The notes: a model not told the origin generated them from the letters alone. 21,128 nt of DNA from a bacterium (GCA_050239825.1 JBFXGO010000036.1:1-21128); one strand, 5' to 3'. Positions 7,797 to 16,626 are shown, counted from the first letter of the stretch. Numbers and translations are program-made.

Positions 7797-8659
7797 AATT
7801 CGTTAATTTTGTCAACAATCTTGATAAAAGATGGATATATCTTCTTATCGCATTGGTTATAATTATTCCCTTTGTCTTTCCGGTCGGATGTCCGATGAGG
7901 ATTACCCCCCCAGTGCAGTCAATGTATAATTATATAGAAGATTCAATACCGGAGAATGGAGTTCTTCTTTTGGGAATAGATTACGACCCTTCAACGATGG
8001 CTGAGCTTCATCCGATGGCAAAAGCTCTCACATATCATGCTTTTTACAACAATCTCAGAGTTCTTTTCGTAACAATGTACCCTCAGGGTTCGGGAATGGG
8101 GCAGGACATAATAGACAAAACTCTTGAACACTGGAATGAAGTGCATCCTGATTTGAAAAAAGAGCTTGGAAAGGATATCACCCTCCTCGCTTATGTGCCG
8201 GGTGTCTCTGCAGTGATGCTGAAAATGGGTGAAGACATACCTGCAACATTCAATGAAGACGCATACGGAAACAAACTTGAAAACCTTGATGTTATGTCGG
8301 GAATCAAGACATACGACAACCTTAACTATATGGTTGAACTTGCCGGAAGCAGTGTTGTGTTGTCATGGCTCATGTATGCAAACGGAAGATACAACCTGAA
8401 GATGGGTATAGGAACAACGGCAGTCTCTGCGGCCGAGTATTATACTTACCTGCAGTCGGGACAGGCAAACGGTCTCTTGGGCGGGCTTAAAGGCGCCGCC
8501 GAATATGAAAAACTTATAGCCGAAAATCACAGTTACAGCGGAAGAAAGGATGCATCCGTGGGAATGGACGCACAATCAGCCGCGCACATACTCTTCATAC
8601 TTCTTATAATTTTAGGCAATATTGTATTTTTCATAAAGAAACACAAGGAGGGCAGGTAA
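7793..8659 (+). CDS. Membrane module 1 subunit C: alpha/beta domain between an N-terminal and a C-terminal TM helix
   Basis: ATGA overlap with subunit B; IDYDP, GLLGGLKGAAEYE and GMDAQSAAHIL are shared with the paralogue at 11235. Confidence 0.85.
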   Translation: MKFVNFVNNLDKRWIYLLIALVIIIPFVFPVGCPMRITPPVQSMYNYIEDSIPENGVLLLGIDYDPSTMAELHPMAKALTYHAFYNNLRVLFVTMYPQGSGMGQDIIDKTLEHWNEVHPDLKKELGKDITLLAYVPGVSAVMLKMGEDIPATFNEDAYGNKLENLDVMSGIKTYDNLNYMVELAGSSVVLSWLMYANGRYNLKMGIGTTAVSAAEYYTYLQSGQANGLLGGLKGAAEYEKLIAENHSYSGRKDASVGMDAQSAAHILFILLIILGNIVFFIKKHKEGR

Positions 8660-8660
8660 G

Positions 8661-9266
8661 ATGGCAATATCTACTAATATCTGGATTTGGATTGCGGCTC
8701 TTCTTACACTTTCGATTTATTCATTCCTTTACAAGGACAATCCATTTTACAAATTTGCGGAATATCTTCTTGTTGGAATTTCAATAGGATACGGCATCTC
8801 TGTTTATTGGCACAATACAATAATAACAAAAGTTTACAATCCCCTGGTGCATGACAAGGATTTTTTGGTCATTATACCCCTGCTTCTCGGTCTCTTGATG
8901 TTTTCAAGATTTTTCAAAAACTATTCTCATCTTTCGAGAATTCCGATTTCATTCATTGTGGGAGCAGGAACAGGATTGTCAATTCCGTCATCATTTGAAT
9001 TTTTATTCAAACAGGTTCAGGGGACGATGCCTACGGCATTTAATTTCGGAAATTTGATAATAGTTGTAGGAGTTCTGACTACTTTGGTTTATTTCTTCTT
9101 TTCGATGGAGCATAAGGGCTTTGTAGGAAAAATTTCCCGAGTGGGAATAACCTTTATAATGATCGCATTCGGAGCCGCATTCGGATATACAATAATGGCG
9201 AGAATATCGCTGTTTATAGGCAGAATACAATTTCTGCTCTCAGACTGGCTCGGCGTAATCAAATAG
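8661..9266 (+). CDS. Membrane module 1 subunit D: ~6-TM integral membrane protein
   Basis: WIAALLTLSIYSFLYKDNPFYKFAE and FIMIAFGAAFGYTIMARISL are shared with the paralogue at 12071. Confidence 0.85.
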   Translation: MAISTNIWIWIAALLTLSIYSFLYKDNPFYKFAEYLLVGISIGYGISVYWHNTIITKVYNPLVHDKDFLVIIPLLLGLLMFSRFFKNYSHLSRIPISFIVGAGTGLSIPSSFEFLFKQVQGTMPTAFNFGNLIIVVGVLTTLVYFFFSMEHKGFVGKISRVGITFIMIAFGAAFGYTIMARISLFIGRIQFLLSDWLGVIK

Positions 9267-9274
9267 GAGGCCAA

Positions 9275-10576
9275 GTGAAAAGAAACCTTCTCTTGTTGTT
9301 TCTGACGGCTGTACTGCTCTTTTCTGCAGTATCATCACAGGATAAGCCCGTCTCGGAAATTTTGTCGGATTCGATAAACATCGCTGGGGAATCAATCCAG
9401 CTGGGAAAGATTCTCAGTGTTTCCGACATCCCCAATGACGGAGGCGGCGGAGTCGAAATAAACTGGTCTTTAAATGATACTTTATCAAATTATTTTATAA
9501 CGATAATAAGAAGAGAGGGCGATGAAAGAAAAGTCGTGGCTACAGACCTTCTGGCATCAAGTCAGCAGGTAAGAGATGTCAACTCTGATGAAGACAAATC
9601 AAATATAAAAGACGGAACTGAATATTTTTATACGGCTGTTTTGAGCGAGTATGCGATATCACAGGAGATACTCGATTATATGCTCTGCGATTCTTTGGAT
9701 ATGAAATCTCTGAAGATTGCCGATGCAACTCAGACTTACCTTATTTCGGAGGAGAGCGGTCCCGTCACCTCCAAGGCGTCATGGTTCAATCTTGAAAGAT
9801 TTACGGTTCTAATATCGGCAATAATAATTACTTTACTTTTTCTCTTCTACTTCCAGCTTGCAAAGAACGGGAAGGAGTTCTACATAAGGAAAATAAACGG
9901 TCTTGATGCAGTTGAAGAGGCTGTGGGAAGAAGCACAGAGATGGGGAAACCCATAATGTACATCCTTGGAATAGGATATGTCACCGATATTCCGACGATA
10001 GCGGGTTTGACGATTCTCGGGAGAGTCGCCAAGAAGGTCGCGGAATACGAGACAAAGATTCTTGTTCCCTCCTATGACCCGGTTGTAATGACAACGGCTC
10101 AGGAGGTTGTCAAGGAGGCATTTACAGAGGCAGGCAGACCCGATATATACAATAAAAATGACATCATGTATATAACGCAGGACCAGTTCGGATACGCGGC
10201 CGGAGTTGACGGAATGATGATGAGGGAGAAGCCGGGCGCCGTCTTCCTTCAGGGTCTCTTCTTCGCGGAATCTCTTATTCTCGCAGAGACGGGACATTCA
10301 ATAGGCGCTATACAGATAGCAGGGACGACTGAAACAGCGCAACTGCCGTTCTTTGTTGCGGCATGCGATTATACTCTCATAGGAGAGGAGATGATGGCCG
10401 CATCAGTCTATCTTCAGAAGGATCCGCTTATGCTGGGTTCGATAGTGGCTGAAGATGTAATGAAAGTTGTAATAGTGATTATTCTTATAATAGGATTCCT
10501 TCTCGGTGTTCTTGGCCCCGGACTTCATATTGAATTCTTCAACAAACTCTTCAATCTTTTGATTGAGATTCTATAA
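9275..10576 (+). CDS. Membrane module 2 subunit A (paralogue of 5905-7110; DUF6754-like)
   Basis: GTG start with RBS AGGAGG; signal peptide; VSDIPNDGGGGVEINW; RKINGLDAVEEAVGRSTEMGKP; GAIQIAGT...CDYTLIGEE. Confidence 0.82.
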   Translation: MKRNLLLLFLTAVLLFSAVSSQDKPVSEILSDSINIAGESIQLGKILSVSDIPNDGGGGVEINWSLNDTLSNYFITIIRREGDERKVVATDLLASSQQVRDVNSDEDKSNIKDGTEYFYTAVLSEYAISQEILDYMLCDSLDMKSLKIADATQTYLISEESGPVTSKASWFNLERFTVLISAIIITLLFLFYFQLAKNGKEFYIRKINGLDAVEEAVGRSTEMGKPIMYILGIGYVTDIPTIAGLTILGRVAKKVAEYETKILVPSYDPVVMTTAQEVVKEAFTEAGRPDIYNKNDIMYITQDQFGYAAGVDGMMMREKPGAVFLQGLFFAESLILAETGHSIGAIQIAGTTETAQLPFFVAACDYTLIGEEMMAASVYLQKDPLMLGSIVAEDVMKVVIVIILIIGFLLGVLGPGLHIEFFNKLFNLLIEIL

Positions 10577-10582
10577 GGAGGA

Positions 10583-11224
10583 ATGATGTTGAAAAGCAAA
10601 AACATTCCATTGGCGATAACATTCATAGTCGGTCTTATAATGATTGTTTCATTCTTCATTCCCCACAAACCATTCGGCGATATTGAACAGATATCTCTTA
10701 AATGGTATTCAATCATTGCGGGATTCACAATGCTTTTAGGAGTAGATTCTCTAATAGGTCTTCACTACAGGAAAATCAAGAGAAAAGAAGAGAATTGGAT
10801 ACATTCCATAGTCCTCATAGCCGGATTTGTAATGGTTGTGATAGCCGGAGTTGTTGGCACGGTGCAATTCGGCAGCGCATTTGATGAAAGATCTTTCTTT
10901 ACCTACATCTACAACTATTTCATAGTTCCTCTTCAGGCTACGATGTTTTCTCTTCTTGCTTTCTTCGTTGCATCAGCCGCATACAGGGCATTCAGAGCAA
11001 GAAATACGGATGCGGCCCTTCTTCTGATAACAGCTGTGATTGTTATGCTTGGAAGAGTTCCCATAGGAGAAGTAATCTCTCCTTACCTGCCGAGATTTAC
11101 AGACTGGATAATGGAGGTCCCGCAGATGGCCGCAAAGAGGGGCATCGGACTCGGGATTTATCTCGGGGCTCTGGGAGTCTCAATAAGAATAATTTTAGGT
11201 ATTGAAAGAAGCTACCTATCATAA
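10583..11224 (+). CDS. Membrane module 2 subunit B (paralogue of 7119-7796); start may be 10586
   Basis: PLQATMFSLLAFFVASAAYRAF and LGIERSYL; RBS AAGGAGG. Confidence 0.85.
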   Translation: MMLKSKNIPLAITFIVGLIMIVSFFIPHKPFGDIEQISLKWYSIIAGFTMLLGVDSLIGLHYRKIKRKEENWIHSIVLIAGFVMVVIAGVVGTVQFGSAFDERSFFTYIYNYFIVPLQATMFSLLAFFVASAAYRAFRARNTDAALLLITAVIVMLGRVPIGEVISPYLPRFTDWIMEVPQMAAKRGIGLGIYLGALGVSIRIILGIERSYLS

Positions 11225-11234
11225 TGGAGAATGT

Positions 11235-12071
11235 ATGAAAATATTTGAAAAATTAGCTCATATTGACAGAAGGTACATCTACATACTAATCGCCGTTGTA
11301 GTCATAGTGCCACTTCTGTTAAAACCGAAATTGCCTATAATACCGACCAAGCCGGTGAAGGATATATATGAGTATGTTGAAAATCTCCCTCAGGGAAGCA
11401 ATATACTTATTTCAATAGATTATGATGCGGCTTCAATGCCGGAACAACAGCCGTTTTTGGAGGCATTGCTGAGGCAGTGTTTCAGAAACAAATTAAAACC
11501 TGTAATGATAGTGCAATGGCAGCTCGGCGCTCCTTTGGGAACTCAGGGTCTGGAGAAGATAGCCAAAGAGTGCAATGCCGTCTATGGAGTAGATTATATC
11601 AATCTCGGCTATCGTCCGGGATATGTGGCGCAGATGGTGGGTATAGGCCGCGAGATAAGGGATTATTTCGCAGTCGACTACAAGAATGTCTCTATAGATT
11701 CATTCCCAATAATGAAGAATATTCACAATTACAATGATTTTGCGCTTCTCGTCGGTCTTGAAGCAGGCGCAACCTACCTCCTGTGGGTTGAATATGCCGG
11801 AGGAAGGTTCAAGCAGAAGATTGCTCTGGCTTTAAATGCGGTATCTGCTCCGGATGCATATTACTTTTATCAGTCAAAACAGATAATAGGATTGGTGGGA
11901 GGAATGAAGGGAGCCGCAGAATATGAAGTATTGGAAAACAAAGTAGACCTTGCAGTTGCCGGAATGGCGTCGCAATCATATTCGCACATTCTCATAATTC
12001 TTTTCATTATATTCGGTAACATTGCATTTTTTGTTGAAAAGAACAGAAAGAAAAAGGAAGGAGGCAATTAA
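11235..12071 (+). CDS. Membrane module 2 subunit C (paralogue of 7793-8659)
   Basis: ATG 11235 with RBS GGAGA preferred over TTG 11202 because MKIFEKL aligns to the paralogue start MKFVNFV; IDYDA and GLVGGMKGAAEYE. Confidence 0.85.
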   Translation: MKIFEKLAHIDRRYIYILIAVVVIVPLLLKPKLPIIPTKPVKDIYEYVENLPQGSNILISIDYDAASMPEQQPFLEALLRQCFRNKLKPVMIVQWQLGAPLGTQGLEKIAKECNAVYGVDYINLGYRPGYVAQMVGIGREIRDYFAVDYKNVSIDSFPIMKNIHNYNDFALLVGLEAGATYLLWVEYAGGRFKQKIALALNAVSAPDAYYFYQSKQIIGLVGGMKGAAEYEVLENKVDLAVAGMASQSYSHILIILFIIFGNIAFFVEKNRKKKEGGN

Positions 12072-12688
12072 TGGCAACTACAATAGGCATTTGGATAGCC
12101 GCTGGTCTAACTTTATTTATATACTCTTTCCTCTATAAAGACAATCCGTTTTATAAATTCGCAGAGCATTTGTATGTGGGTATTACGGCCGGCTATTGGC
12201 TGATTTATACTTGGGCTTACACAATTCAGCCGATGCTTCTTGACCCTATAATAAAAAATAAGGAATTCATTCTTATCATTCCGGCTTTTTTCGGAATAAT
12301 TATGCTCACGAGATGGTTCCCGGCAATTTCTTGGCTTTCAAGATGGTCGATTGCTTTTACAGTGGGAATTGGAGCGGGACTTGGAGTGACGGGGTCCATA
12401 CAGGGTTTCATTCTTCCTCAGCTTAAATCAACCATTCTTCCAATTACAGGATTTGATTTTGCCACTTTCAACAATCTGCTTATAATATTCGGAGTGATTA
12501 CAACTCTTGTGTATTTTTATTTTTCAAAAGATCACAAAGGATTCCTTGGACACGGAGCAAAAATCGGAATGACCTTCATAATGATAGCATTCGGCGCATC
12601 CTTCGGATATACTGTTATGGCTCGTATCTCACTCCTGATAGGAAGAATCTACTTTTTAATGTTTGACTGGCTGGGGTCTATCTTTTAG
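12071..12688 (+). CDS. Membrane module 2 subunit D (paralogue of 8661-9266)
   Basis: TAATG overlap with subunit C; IYSFLYKDNPFYKFAE is identical to the paralogue; FGYTVMARISL. Confidence 0.85.
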   Translation: MATTIGIWIAAGLTLFIYSFLYKDNPFYKFAEHLYVGITAGYWLIYTWAYTIQPMLLDPIIKNKEFILIIPAFFGIIMLTRWFPAISWLSRWSIAFTVGIGAGLGVTGSIQGFILPQLKSTILPITGFDFATFNNLLIIFGVITTLVYFYFSKDHKGFLGHGAKIGMTFIMIAFGASFGYTVMARISLLIGRIYFLMFDWLGSIF

Positions 12689-12691
12689 GAA

Positions 12692-13447
12692 ATGAAAGCG
12701 TACTATGTGCCCTTTGGCAGGTATGATGTTTATACCAACATGGCAATAGACGAATATCTTTATAAAAATGTGAGCGAGACGGTTTTGAGATTCTATGAAT
12801 TCTCAGAACCGTCCGTTACAATAGGGTATAACCAGAAATACGGAAGCAGATTTAATCTGGATTTTGTCAGCGAGAAAAGGATTCCCATTACAAGAAGACT
12901 GACAGGAGGAAGGGCTGTTTTTCACGACGGAGACCTCACATATTCCATATCTGCCGATTTTAGTTGCTTTGCGCACGGTTCATCCGGTCTGGATATGGTT
13001 TCCAGATATAAAAAAATATCGGATGTTTTTTTGAAGGGATTCAAATCTATGGGGCTGGATGTTTCTGTCTTTGAGGGAAAATCCCTGAAGCCATTTTCAT
13101 CTAACTGCTTTGATTCTTCTTCAATACATGAATTGACAATAAACGGAAATAAAATACTTGGAAGCGCGCAGGTCTTTTCCGAGAAGGGATTCATGCAGCA
13201 GGGGACAATCTTGGTAAAAAACGGAGTTTTTAGACCTGCCGAACTTTATGGAGAAAACTTCCAAAAGAATATTGAAATTATAACAAGTATGGTTTATAAT
13301 ATTAAAGATATGGCAAAAGAGTTGTATGACTCGTTTATGGGTATGTTTGATTATGAATGGGAAGATTTGCAGGTAAGCATTACAGACTGTGAAGTCGTGA
13401 AGCTTATCGATTTTTATAAAAATTCAGAATGGATAAAGAGGGTGTAA
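12692..13447 (+). CDS. Lipoate-protein ligase family protein (LipM octanoyltransferase/LplA catalytic domain-like)
   Basis: NMAIDE, LRFY, TIGYNQ, RRLTGGRAVFHDGDLTYS, NGNKILGSAQ (catalytic Lys), QQGTIL. Confidence 0.9.
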   Translation: MKAYYVPFGRYDVYTNMAIDEYLYKNVSETVLRFYEFSEPSVTIGYNQKYGSRFNLDFVSEKRIPITRRLTGGRAVFHDGDLTYSISADFSCFAHGSSGLDMVSRYKKISDVFLKGFKSMGLDVSVFEGKSLKPFSSNCFDSSSIHELTINGNKILGSAQVFSEKGFMQQGTILVKNGVFRPAELYGENFQKNIEIITSMVYNIKDMAKELYDSFMGMFDYEWEDLQVSITDCEVVKLIDFYKNSEWIKRV

Positions 13448-14325
13448 TGGATTTAACAGCCAACCTTGAAGTCTTCTCGGGCGCCGAACTTATAAATCTG
13501 ATTTCTCAGGGAAAGAAGACCGGGGTGCTTTACTTTGACATTTCAGGAGAGAAGGGTGAGCTTTGCTTTATAGAAGGAGCTCCGGTTCATGCATCTTTTA
13601 AATCATTATTCGGAGAGGAAGCTCTATACAATATTATGATTGAGAAGCAGGGGAGCGTTACCTATAAAGACAAAATTGCTGTAAAAGACCATACCATACA
13701 AAACAGCAGCGCATCAGAGCTTTTAAGCCAGATAGAGAAAAGAAAAGTTGAATTTGACGACCTTGCCAAAAAGCTCCCTCCATTTGAAGCAATACTCGAA
13801 AAGAGGGCTGACGGATTGGGTGAAAATATAAGTTTAAGGAAATCTGATTGGGCAGTCATCAGAATAGTAGATGGGAAGAAGAATATAAAGACTATAATCA
13901 AAGACAGCAAACTCCCGCTCTTTGAAGTATATAAGACTCTTGAGTATCTTCTCTCAAAGGGAATGATCTTTGACAGGTCACAATCAGAGAAACTCAGGCA
14001 GGAGCTTCTTGTATCAATGAACAATATTGTTGAAGCATTTTCCATAAAGGGCGCAAACACAAAGGATTGGGCTCTCTCTCTGATTGATATGGTTATGAGC
14101 AATGGCTATGAAACAATCGGCGGAATGATAAAATATACAAGCGACTCTCTGACGGCTGATGATGCGATACTGAAAGTTTTAGACGGCGATAAGGTTGCAA
14201 AGATTAAACAGTTTCTCTACAAAGCGGCTTATGAAAAAGCAACAGGCGACCTTGGACCGATGATAGCAAAGAAAAAGTATAAAGAGTTAATGCAAAAAGA
14301 AGGGGTAAGTGATGGGACTTTCTGA
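13447..14325 (+). CDS. DUF4388 (PatA-N-like) domain protein with a winged-helix-like middle segment
   Basis: MDLTANLEVFSGAELINLISQGKKTGVLYF...GELCFIEGAPVHA...GEEALY; DWAVIRIVDGKKNI...VYKTLEYLLSKGMI; start at ATG 13447 (TAATG overlap) preferred over 13429. Confidence 0.8.
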   Translation: MDLTANLEVFSGAELINLISQGKKTGVLYFDISGEKGELCFIEGAPVHASFKSLFGEEALYNIMIEKQGSVTYKDKIAVKDHTIQNSSASELLSQIEKRKVEFDDLAKKLPPFEAILEKRADGLGENISLRKSDWAVIRIVDGKKNIKTIIKDSKLPLFEVYKTLEYLLSKGMIFDRSQSEKLRQELLVSMNNIVEAFSIKGANTKDWALSLIDMVMSNGYETIGGMIKYTSDSLTADDAILKVLDGDKVAKIKQFLYKAAYEKATGDLGPMIAKKKYKELMQKEGVSDGTF

Positions 14326-15064
14326 ATTAGTTGAAAAGTTGAAATCCCGTTTCCTTATTATCGATGGGGTGAGGATAAGCAAGGAGGACGGTGAAACTTT
14401 GGAGACTGTCGGAGACGGCAACCCGAAGATGAATGAAATCGGTGCATTTCTCGGTTCGGCCGGTGAAGTCATCTTCAACCGACTCCAATTGCAGGCTCCG
14501 GAGTATGCAATATTCAATGTTGATGATATGAACATTGTGATTGTAAATGAAAACACAAGCTTCACAGTTCTGCGGGTAAATGGGTCATCGGCAGGAATAT
14601 ATGAAGAATTTATTACCGCATCGGCTAAAACCGAAGAAACACCTGTTGAAATTCAGGAGGAGAAGGAAGAGGCGCCTCAATTGATTGAAACAGATGAACT
14701 CTCCTCATTCGCAGATTCAATTCAGGAGAACAAACTCGGCGAAATAGAAAGAAAACTTTTATCAGCCAAAATCATACAACTGAATTACCTTGTTGAGGAG
14801 TTTTCAAAGGGAGGTAGCACTGAAAAGTGGAATAGTTCGGTTTCAGCCATGATATCAAATATGGCGGAGCTGAAAGCGGCTCTGACAGTGACCAATAAAG
14901 TTTCGATTAATGATATAGTCTCGGTTGAAATAACCAGAGAGGAGATACAGGCAAAGACAAAGACGCTGATTGACGGTATCTGCAAAAAAGCCGTTGAAGA
15001 GTATGGAGCGGCAGAGGCAAAGAAGATGGTTCAAAATGTCATTGAGAAACTCAGCAAAAAGTAA
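14312..15064 (+). CDS. Hypothetical protein with N-terminal Roadblock/LC7 (MglB-like) domain, acidic linker and helical C-terminal domain
   Basis: LSELVEKL...IDGVRISKEDGETL...EIGAFLGSAGEVIFNRLQL...YAIF matches the alpha-beta-beta-alpha-beta-beta-beta Roadblock pattern. Confidence 0.65.
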   Translation: MGLSELVEKLKSRFLIIDGVRISKEDGETLETVGDGNPKMNEIGAFLGSAGEVIFNRLQLQAPEYAIFNVDDMNIVIVNENTSFTVLRVNGSSAGIYEEFITASAKTEETPVEIQEEKEEAPQLIETDELSSFADSIQENKLGEIERKLLSAKIIQLNYLVEEFSKGGSTEKWNSSVSAMISNMAELKAALTVTNKVSINDIVSVEITREEIQAKTKTLIDGICKKAVEEYGAAEAKKMVQNVIEKLSKK

Positions 15065-15073
15065 GGAGTGAAA

Positions 15074-15784
15074 ATGACATACAATATAGAAATATTAAAA
15101 GAAAAAAACAAAGCCTCCTTCGTGTTTTCTCACATCAATGAGCATGTTTCAAAAACCGGCGCCACCGGTTATACGGACGAGACTGTCAAGCAGATTGTAG
15201 TTGTTTTAAAGCAGTCTCTTGATACTGCGAATATTGAATCTGTTAATAAAATCGAGTATATTTCCGGAGACAAAAAACTTTTTCTTTTCATAAAATCCGG
15301 CGGAGTTTACGGACTTCTTGTGGATGCAAAGACAAATGTTGAAATCGAGTCTGCTCTCGTAAAAGATAAGGTTGAAGAGAAGATGCCGGAAGATAATGCA
15401 TCAAAATCAAAGATAGTGCTTAAGGAGAGAAAGAAAATAACTTTAAAGGGGGGCAAGAGGGAAGAATCCGAAGAAGTCGAAGAGGAACAGCCTGTTAAAG
15501 CGGAGCCTTTAGCAAAAGCGCAGACCGAGAAGCCGACAGAATCTGCAATCAAAGTAAACTCATCTACATATGACCTTATAAAAAAGGCGGCGGCGGAATA
15601 TCTTGAGGATTTTTCAGATGATATAATCAATAACATAATACACGAGATGAAACTGAATGTCACTCTCATGACCTCTGATGATGTTGAAAAATTCCTGAAG
15701 AGACTCTTCAGCTCATCAAAGATGATTATCGGACCCTCTCAATCCCAGAAAATGATAGATGATATCAAGAAAAAAATAACGTAA
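15074..15784 (+). CDS. Hypothetical protein, possible divergent Roadblock-like N-terminus, charged linker, helical C-terminal domain
   Basis: RBS AAGGAG then ATG 15074; VNKIEYISGDKKLFLFIKSGGVYGLLVD strand pattern; Lys/Glu-rich linker. Confidence 0.7.
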   Translation: MTYNIEILKEKNKASFVFSHINEHVSKTGATGYTDETVKQIVVVLKQSLDTANIESVNKIEYISGDKKLFLFIKSGGVYGLLVDAKTNVEIESALVKDKVEEKMPEDNASKSKIVLKERKKITLKGGKREESEEVEEEQPVKAEPLAKAQTEKPTESAIKVNSSTYDLIKKAAAEYLEDFSDDIINNIIHEMKLNVTLMTSDDVEKFLKRLFSSSKMIIGPSQSQKMIDDIKKKIT

Positions 15785-15794
15785 CGGAGGATAT

Positions 15795-16184
15795 ATGATA
15801 GAAAGTCTTGTTAACAGAATGCTTTTCCTTCAGACAGGAATACCGCAGTATGTGGTCAACTCAAAATCCACGGCAAGTGTAATTACGATTGCTGGAGCCA
15901 TAATGCTCTGGTTTGCATTGTTCTTTATGGGAATCATAGCAAAAAGGTATGAACAGGTGCTTCATAAAAAAACAGACTGGCAGTTCATAATTCTTTCACC
16001 GACTGGAATTTTAATTTATGCGGTTATACAGGCGTACAGCCTGATGATTGTTGGAAACTTAAAAATGACTGATTCTGAGACATGGATCGCCTACATATTT
16101 TTCTTTCTCTCGGGTTTTCTTTCTCTAATAGGGTCTCTCAGATTCTTCAAAGTTGTTATGCCTCATAAAGGAGGTTCAAAATGA
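15795..16184 (+). CDS. Small 3-TM membrane protein
   Basis: RBS GGAGG; three hydrophobic segments; ATGA overlap with the next gene. Confidence 0.75.
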   Translation: MIESLVNRMLFLQTGIPQYVVNSKSTASVITIAGAIMLWFALFFMGIIAKRYEQVLHKKTDWQFIILSPTGILIYAVIQAYSLMIVGNLKMTDSETWIAYIFFFLSGFLSLIGSLRFFKVVMPHKGGSK

Positions 16185-16531
16185 GAATGATATTTCCTGC
16201 GGAGATACTCCTTGCCATAGGCATGATTCTTTTTTCTGTATCTCTATTCATATCAGGATTGATAGTGCGCCGTCTGCTGAAGATAATCAAAAAACACGGA
16301 ATATGGATTCTTCATATTCTTGGCGGACTCCTTGTTCTAGCAGGAACAATAGTTCATGTAATCAAGCTTACGGTTTACTTTCCCGCTCTTGCAAGGTCAA
16401 ATCCTTATGACCTTCTTCCCCAGATTGCTAAGACAATGCAGGTCGGTTCGGTAGAATCTCTCATGGTGCTGCTTGCCGGGCTCTTTGCGGTTGTCGGTTC
16501 GCTGATTTACTTTGCATGGACGAATAGGTAA
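16181..16531 (+). CDS. Small 3-TM membrane protein, possible distant paralogue of the preceding gene
   Basis: RBS AGGAGG; three hydrophobic segments with a basic loop after TM1. Confidence 0.75.
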   Translation: MRMIFPAEILLAIGMILFSVSLFISGLIVRRLLKIIKKHGIWILHILGGLLVLAGTIVHVIKLTVYFPALARSNPYDLLPQIAKTMQVGSVESLMVLLAGLFAVVGSLIYFAWTNR

Positions 16532-16541
16532 CTTGCGGGTA

Positions 16542-16569
16542 TTGACTTTAATAACAAGGCGAGTATAAT
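16542..16569 (+). promoter_or_regulatory. Sigma70-type promoter for the exbB-exbD-exbD-tonB operon
   Basis: TTGACT (16542-16547), 16 bp spacer, TATAAT (16564-16569); RBS AGGAGGT before GTG 16627. Confidence 0.65.
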
Positions 16570-16626
16570 TTTGCTCTGTTATTTTGAATTAAATTTGACA
16601 AATAAAAATCCTAACAGGAGGTATCT

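Noticed and set aside
4769..12688. Rnf/Nqr complex or ABC/ECF transporter
   Set aside because: No ferredoxin-type Cys motifs, FMN-binding S(T)GAT motif, Walker A or LSGGQ signature seen; only the hybrid motif is shared with RnfC/NqrA
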